Position numbers and translations under genes: made by a program. From Clostridia bacterium (GTDB taxonomy: Bacteria; Bacillota; Clostridia; Christensenellales; CAG-1252), in contig JAFTBD010000025.1 of assembly GCA_017455385.1 (NCBI GenBank), forward strand, positions 1 through 36,903: DNA of 36,903 bases, read 5' to 3'. The notes beneath the pieces were generated by a model. The model made no database searches. It was given only the letters and a program-made list of their open reading frames with translations, and was not told the DNA's origin. Positions 33,201-36,903 of this stretch are shown here, piece by piece (within the stretch, counting starts at the first letter, position 1; the number at the start of each line of letters is the position of its first letter).

Positions 33201-36200
33201 CCCCGCCTCGTCGAGAAGCGCGGTGCCCGTCACAGTGATAGCGGTGAACTCATAAGGATATACCCTCGTTTGGAAGCCGCTGACGTTATCGCCGACGCGC
33301 AAGGTCACCTCGCCCGTCGGTCCTTCCGCATTCGGCACAGCAGTCACCTCGGTAAAGGACCAACCGATACCGCTGAAGAAAGGTTTCCCGTCAAGGAGCA
33401 TGGTCGAGGGCAACACGCGATCCCATCCGACAGAAGACAGGGACTGAACGTACAGCACGTCGAAAATGAATTTCTTATTCACCTTGTCGTAGGCGGCGCC
33501 GACGCGTCCCGTCATATCGAAGTCGATGTCGGCGTCCTCGGACGGAAGCGTTTTCGCCTTGAGACGGATGGAAACGTCGACGGGGTCGGTATTCCCCAAA
33601 CAATCTTTGATCTTCGCCTTAACGGTGTCCGTGACGGAGCAAGAATACAGCTGATTCCTCTCCGCATAGTCTTTGACGGTCAACGCGCCCGTAGCGTCCC
33701 ATTTATCGACGGTCACCGTGATGGGATCGCCCTTTTCGGTCAACACCGTGATCGTGCGGGGATACGTCTCGGGATCGTCGGTATTGAAAGGATCTCTGCC
33801 GTCGTACGCTTCGAATATAACGACCTCAGCGCAACTCGTCGCTTTGTCGCCCGTGAAGTGCAGTTTGAAGTCCACCCCGATCGCCACGTCGTTGCCGAAA
33901 TAGGTCTTCACCTTGGGCTGGATGGTCATGACCTCCTGCTCGATGGTGGCGGGGATCGTCCAAGAAACGATATCTTTCGTGTAGGCGTCGGCGAGGGTGA
34001 CCTGGTCGAATTTCGCGAGAACGGTCTGCACTTTCTTCTCGCCGTAACGCGCGAAGGTGAAGGTCTTGGTATTGGTGTCGTACACCCCGAGGTCGTCGGT
34101 CACCGCCGTGAGCTTGGCGCTGATCGGCGCGGAACAATCCACCGTCAGAGAACGCGTGACGACTTTCGCGAGGACGGATGCCGACGCGGCGACGGTCGCA
34201 TGATCGTTGCGCGCGGAGGTCGGCACTTGGCTCTCGACATACGTCCACAGCCCGTCCATCGACACGTTCAAAGGCTGAACGTTGACGTTCTCCGAGAAGG
34301 TCACGCGAGCTTTCGCAGGCATCGCGTTATCCGCGAAGAGGGAGACCTCCGTCGGGGTATTTTCCGGCTCGACGGTCTCGATGTCGAAAGCATCGTTGTG
34401 CGTGACCGAGAAGGTGGTCGCCGTCACGATGAGACTGCTCTTGGAGTCAAAGATGAGGCGCCCTTCCATCTTGTCCGCGTAGATGCGGAACTCAACGCGA
34501 CGGAACGCCATCTCGTCTATCCAGCGAGCGGTGAGCCCCGTATGGATCCGACCGAGCACTTCAAACGCCTCGGAGGCAAGCGTCGCGCTCGCGCCGAAGG
34601 AGAAATAATCGTCCGTCGCGGCAAGGTAGATCTTGCCGGCTTGTTCCGAACGCTCCAGATCCATCGCACGATTGAACGCCGCAAAAGGCGCCTCTGCGAG
34701 GGTCATCTTGCGGATCGAACGCACCGTTCCGTCGGGCGGCAGTATCAGATAGAAATGCGTCTCGTCTTCGGACGTATAATACAAACGTACGACTTCCGCG
34801 CCTTTGGACGAATCGAACTCTATGATCGCCCTGTCGAGGGCGCCCGCCGCTCCGTAGAGAAGATCCACGGTGTAATTGAGCTCATTCCCCTCCGCGGTGA
34901 AAGCGAGAGCCTCGCCCGACATCGAAGAGAGCAGCGACGATAAGATCGCGCCCGCATTCGAGAAGGGGGTCTGCTGGGAGACTTTGCCCGCGAGGGAGAC
35001 GTGCGTGGAGGTATTCACCGCGAGGTCGACGTAAGACGCCGCATCCTCGGGAAGCGCCACGTCGCGCGGCGTGCCGAAGGCGAATGCCTCGTACTCATTT
35101 TTCAAGGTGAGAGTCATGCCGGGGAGAGAGAGGGACGCGGATACGTCGGAAAGAACGTTGTCCGCGACGCTCCAAGAAAGCGTCCCGCCCGTGATGCCGA
35201 AAAGTCCGTGGAAGCCGATCTTCTCGGAAAGAAGCTCGAACACGTCCTTGCCGAAGGAACAGGAAACGCGGTCTCCGCTCTTCGTGGTGCCGGCGGCGAG
35301 AAGAGACGCGAGACGCAATTTATCTTTGAAAGTATAAGTGTCGGTGTCGGTGAGACCGAATACGCCGAGGCGGCTCTCGAACTCGGACTTCGCGATCTTG
35401 CATTTCGCGAGACCGTACGCCGTCAAGTCGACGTAAAGGTAGCCGTCTTTCAGGACGAAAGACGTGGTCTTATCATTCTTGTCGAGGATAACGAGAGAGC
35501 CCTCAAGCCCACTGCCCGCGACGTAATGGGTGGTGAGCGTGTAATCGAAAGGATGGGTGAGCTCCACGAATAAGAGGTTCGCCGCGATGCCGAAGCGATC
35601 GAGAGAGACGTCGCCCTCTTCCCTGCTGAAAGCGAGCTGCGCCTCGCCCGACTTCACGTAGATATTTCTCGCATCCCATTCCGTAAATTCCGAAACGGCG
35701 GAAGAGATCGTCACGGGGAGGGAATCACGTGAAAGGGTGAAACTTCTGAGCTCGAAAGCCTTACTCGCGCCCTCTGCCTTCGCCGAGACGAAAGCGCCGT
35801 CCGACAGCGTGAATTCCACCGTCGCCTCGGACTCACCCGAAGAGAGAGACGCGGTGAGCGCATCCGACACGTGCAAGGCGGCAAGAAGCTCCACCGAGGA
35901 AATGCCGATATCCGCGCTGTCCACGAGCTCTCCGAGAGACGCGAACAGGCGCGCATAAGAAAGAGAGAAGACGTAGCGCGATTCTTTCGTCTCCTCTTTG
36001 TAATAATATTTACATCCGTCGAAAATGCGGCTCGCCACGGTGGGGATGAGGTCGACGACAGACTTCACCGCGCCGCTATTTTTCTCCCGATTGAGCTCCG
36101 CGAGCCTCTCCGCCAATGCAAAATCCGAGATCTTGCCGCGGCTGACATAGGGCATACAGTTGATATAGAGATCACCCTCGCTGTAATACAGCGCCAGTAT

Positions 36201-36539
36201 CTCCGTCGTGCCGCTCTTGACCTCCAAGGCAAGGCGGGAACGCGCATCGTTCTCGATATTCGCCTGCGTGACGTCTATCTCCGCGGAGAGCGCCACGTCG
36301 TATGTTTTGTCGCCGTCACGATATCCGCCCTCAACGGACAGGAAATAGACCGTCTGATCCTTGCTGCCGTCCGCGGCGAGGAGCGCGCTGTATACCGTCC
36401 CCATTCCGGTGGATACGCCGATGACGTCACCATTCACGTCGCCCGTCGTCTCCTCCACCCGCTTGCAAGCGAAGAGCCCGCCGACCGCGACGACCAAAAG
36501 CAAAATAATGAAGATAAAAAGGAATCTGTTTTTGCGCAT
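30249..36539 (-). CDS. Giant (~2,096 aa) lipoprotein with multiple beta-rich repeat modules; function unknown, adhesin- or surface-array-like
   Basis: Signal and lipobox MRKNRFLFIFIILLLVVAVGGLFAC. At least 7 recurrences of a [YM]P-x-x-[ILV]-x-[VIF]...(D/S)-W-[DES] module occur between aa ~743 and 1768, for example TYPRTITVLTEKGDPITVTVDKWD, SYPSTIRIYLSEDKSEYADVSVDSWD, TYPKKLYVKKSGEISRDKTIDIVRWE and SYPRYLTFELNGLPVRTTAKWD. There is no LPXTG motif and no enzymatic motif. The alternative ATG at 36548 lies inside the predicted -10 hexamer. Confidence 0.8.
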   Translation of the reverse strand: MRKNRFLFIFIILLLVVAVGGLFACKRVEETTGDVNGDVIGVSTGMGTVYSALLAADGSKDQTVYFLSVEGGYRDGDKTYDVALSAEIDVTQANIENDARSRLALEVKSGTTEILALYYSEGDLYINCMPYVSRGKISDFALAERLAELNREKNSGAVKSVVDLIPTVASRIFDGCKYYYKEETKESRYVFSLSYARLFASLGELVDSADIGISSVELLAALHVSDALTASLSSGESEATVEFTLSDGAFVSAKAEGASKAFELRSFTLSRDSLPVTISSAVSEFTEWDARNIYVKSGEAQLAFSREEGDVSLDRFGIAANLLFVELTHPFDYTLTTHYVAGSGLEGSLVILDKNDKTTSFVLKDGYLYVDLTAYGLAKCKIAKSEFESRLGVFGLTDTDTYTFKDKLRLASLLAAGTTKSGDRVSCSFGKDVFELLSEKIGFHGLFGITGGTLSWSVADNVLSDVSASLSLPGMTLTLKNEYEAFAFGTPRDVALPEDAASYVDLAVNTSTHVSLAGKVSQQTPFSNAGAILSSLLSSMSGEALAFTAEGNELNYTVDLLYGAAGALDRAIIEFDSSKGAEVVRLYYTSEDETHFYLILPPDGTVRSIRKMTLAEAPFAAFNRAMDLERSEQAGKIYLAATDDYFSFGASATLASEAFEVLGRIHTGLTARWIDEMAFRRVEFRIYADKMEGRLIFDSKSSLIVTATTFSVTHNDAFDIETVEPENTPTEVSLFADNAMPAKARVTFSENVNVQPLNVSMDGLWTYVESQVPTSARNDHATVAASASVLAKVVTRSLTVDCSAPISAKLTAVTDDLGVYDTNTKTFTFARYGEKKVQTVLAKFDQVTLADAYTKDIVSWTIPATIEQEVMTIQPKVKTYFGNDVAIGVDFKLHFTGDKATSCAEVVIFEAYDGRDPFNTDDPETYPRTITVLTEKGDPITVTVDKWDATGALTVKDYAERNQLYSCSVTDTVKAKIKDCLGNTDPVDVSIRLKAKTLPSEDADIDFDMTGRVGAAYDKVNKKFIFDVLYVQSLSSVGWDRVLPSTMLLDGKPFFSGIGWSFTEVTAVPNAEGPTGEVTLRVGDNVSGFQTRVYPYEFTAITVTGTALLDEAGATIAEKTSEMYAYVFDDVNVFTYRYPTYILVTYNKGEEEGLTTRLAADWSFENGFKESDLVNGGTYVGTSRVGSEPITVSFTFKRAHAYGCDFVTEGGKISVPAYVAPDGTAVSGGDLSYAENNGEKRLIFSVRDAMSNVLRYYDEKSYPSTIRIYLSEDKSEYADVSVDSWDLSAYKKKTDIVTAGFLTQNDSKEKRIIAVVRGQNIPVATYVAPAIGMSDEVYTDDTIAEKKTVKFYLLTADGDKNYKVNDPRKAETYPKKLYVKKSGEISRDKTIDIVRWEGYDAFSTLFETELAKGTPVQNISGGYLCTAVIGDDNVGYGEIKIEVVLEATVLENLDVAGILAAVSSEVAATEDGSAVKRIEGAGTRSGSKETFSYAFSLEMNPYYVSPDSQQSYPRYLTFELNGLPVRTTAKWDISKVDPLATKLGNTYKYNPTDDPVGFPVYAELELGDDLPNVKIGVEVNIKSREIAYVWIDGSSQPYIYVDCYAQEPFGKNVYGNEAHLKVEVQFVGDLHKYPLDLRYDISDISLSYDGSGRKSEATHKDFRVYVGNESGGYQPIAGYEVHVMAKRVASIGIVNGGVTPFYEKVTALDGTFEEYFHHVDDLVTIVDGVPQMPTELEISFTDGSAPVRVREYKSAAAGEGLVFEWIRDEYSRLGVRLWNSNLSVAVRGADQELFNREHTADQTPVTPGVVFKVDSYTLAYGDTLETYLTPARVIDAFVDNFKLGAVEEKYQNRYITVKGETEPIAMNETLHAGAYSLCVNVDGHGLYKGTAMIDFTVAPKNIEDEVVVLVDGTVNKNALSKGLDYNKTRGYVITATSGSYGVSVTMSVNDAESVLLRDVNYRNVAPYDVIPYAIVVRSVDPDYAVGENNAGKEYTITLHELGLTDSEIVVSGVKWNAVKTDFDYTVYSAVGVEELDRFYTTENLTHGYVVTYYSDEDHEVEYTEALVSGTTYYYIITVKIENYSKALKTGSVTVPA

Positions 36540-36546
36540 ATATAAC

Positions 36547-36576
36547 ATATTACTACACGCGCACGCGCCTTGTCAA
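36547..36576 (-). promoter_or_regulatory. Promoter TTGACA-18-TAATAT directly abutting the giant gene start
   Basis: The plus strand shows atatta at 36547..36552 and tgtcaa at 36571..36576. The ATG at 36539 lies 7 nt after the -10, and no SD is present. Confidence 0.5.
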
Positions 36577-36662
36577 TACACTTTTCTGACAGTGTATAGC
36601 GGCGCATCTGCGTTGTTTCCGTCATCGCCTTGACGAAACACGCACAAGAAACGCTACGCTAT

Positions 36663-36868
36663 AATGCGGAATGCGGAACTGTGACGCTTCGCTTTAATTA
36701 GGAATTAGGAATTGAGGTAACGCTACGCGAGAGTGGAGTGTGGAGAGTGGAGAGTGGAGTTAAGGTGCGCTGACGCGAGAAAATATAATCGTCATCCTGT
36801 ACCGAAGCGAAGCGTAGGTCCGCGTAGAGCCGCAGGCGAATAGCGAGCAGCGTCGAAGGATCTCATCC
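36663..36868 (-). repeat. Mosaic intergenic element (reverse orientation) with three different heptamer arrays
   Basis: Arrays: TGCGGAA x2 at 36665..36678, AATTAGG x2.5 at 36696..36713, and GAGTGGA/GTGTGGA x4 at 36731..36760. They are separated by GC mini-hairpin linkers. The head, read on the reverse strand, is caggatgacgattatattttctcgcgtcagcgcacc (36764..36799) and ggatgagatccttcgac (36852..36868). Confidence 0.85.
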
Positions 36869-36903
36869 GTTTTTCTATATAGGAATACCCGAATGGGAGC
36901 GGA

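Noticed and set aside
1-36903. A search for defence-type or mobile-element genes: integrase, transposase, restriction-modification, toxin-antitoxin, reverse transcriptase and Cas.
   Set aside because: No ORF of 60 aa or more in any frame showed the motifs I associate with these families. The XRE gene is paired divergently with an acyltransferase rather than forming an operon with a toxin.

Overview
The window looks like chromosomal DNA from a spore-forming Firmicute of the Clostridia type. Supporting genes are yabP/yabQ, ricT(yaaT)-holB synteny, T-box and preQ1-I leaders, and many lipobox lipoproteins. Coding GC is about 60% by my spot counts.

Most genes are housekeeping. On the minus strand there is a long, translationally coupled cluster (14827 to 6155): AXE-like protein, lepB, lipoprotein, SDR, phosphoglucomutase, PLP decarboxylase, holB, ricT. 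Other units are yabP-yabQ, a Trp T-box leader with a stand-alone TrpB2, mscS plus a small lipoprotein, argG-argH, a preQ1-I riboswitch with a yhhQ-like transporter and an SDR, tRNA-Ala(CGC), typA plus an S51 peptidase, and a sialate-O-acetylesterase-like lipoprotein. A partial ykvI-like gene at the left edge is missing from the ORF track.

I found no rRNA, CRISPR array, transposase, integrase or recognisable defence cassette. Three things stand out.

1. About 3 kb of the window is unusually long non-coding DNA. It is built from a dispersed mosaic repeat family: a conserved head of about 65 nt, then variable arrays of 7-nt tandem repeats separated by mini GC hairpins. I see it at six or more loci. 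I cannot assign it to any repeat class I know.
2. A roughly 2,096-aa lipoprotein is co-transcribed with a 460-aa single-pass membrane protein. The transcript may be leaderless. Neither protein has a domain I can name.
3. Two AT-richer islets each abut a mosaic-repeat locus. One carries an XRE regulator and a divergent hexapeptide acyltransferase. The other carries an orphan vWA-like protein next to tRNA-Ala, where the tRNA 3' end is duplicated.

All functional calls rest on motifs I read by eye. No database search was possible.
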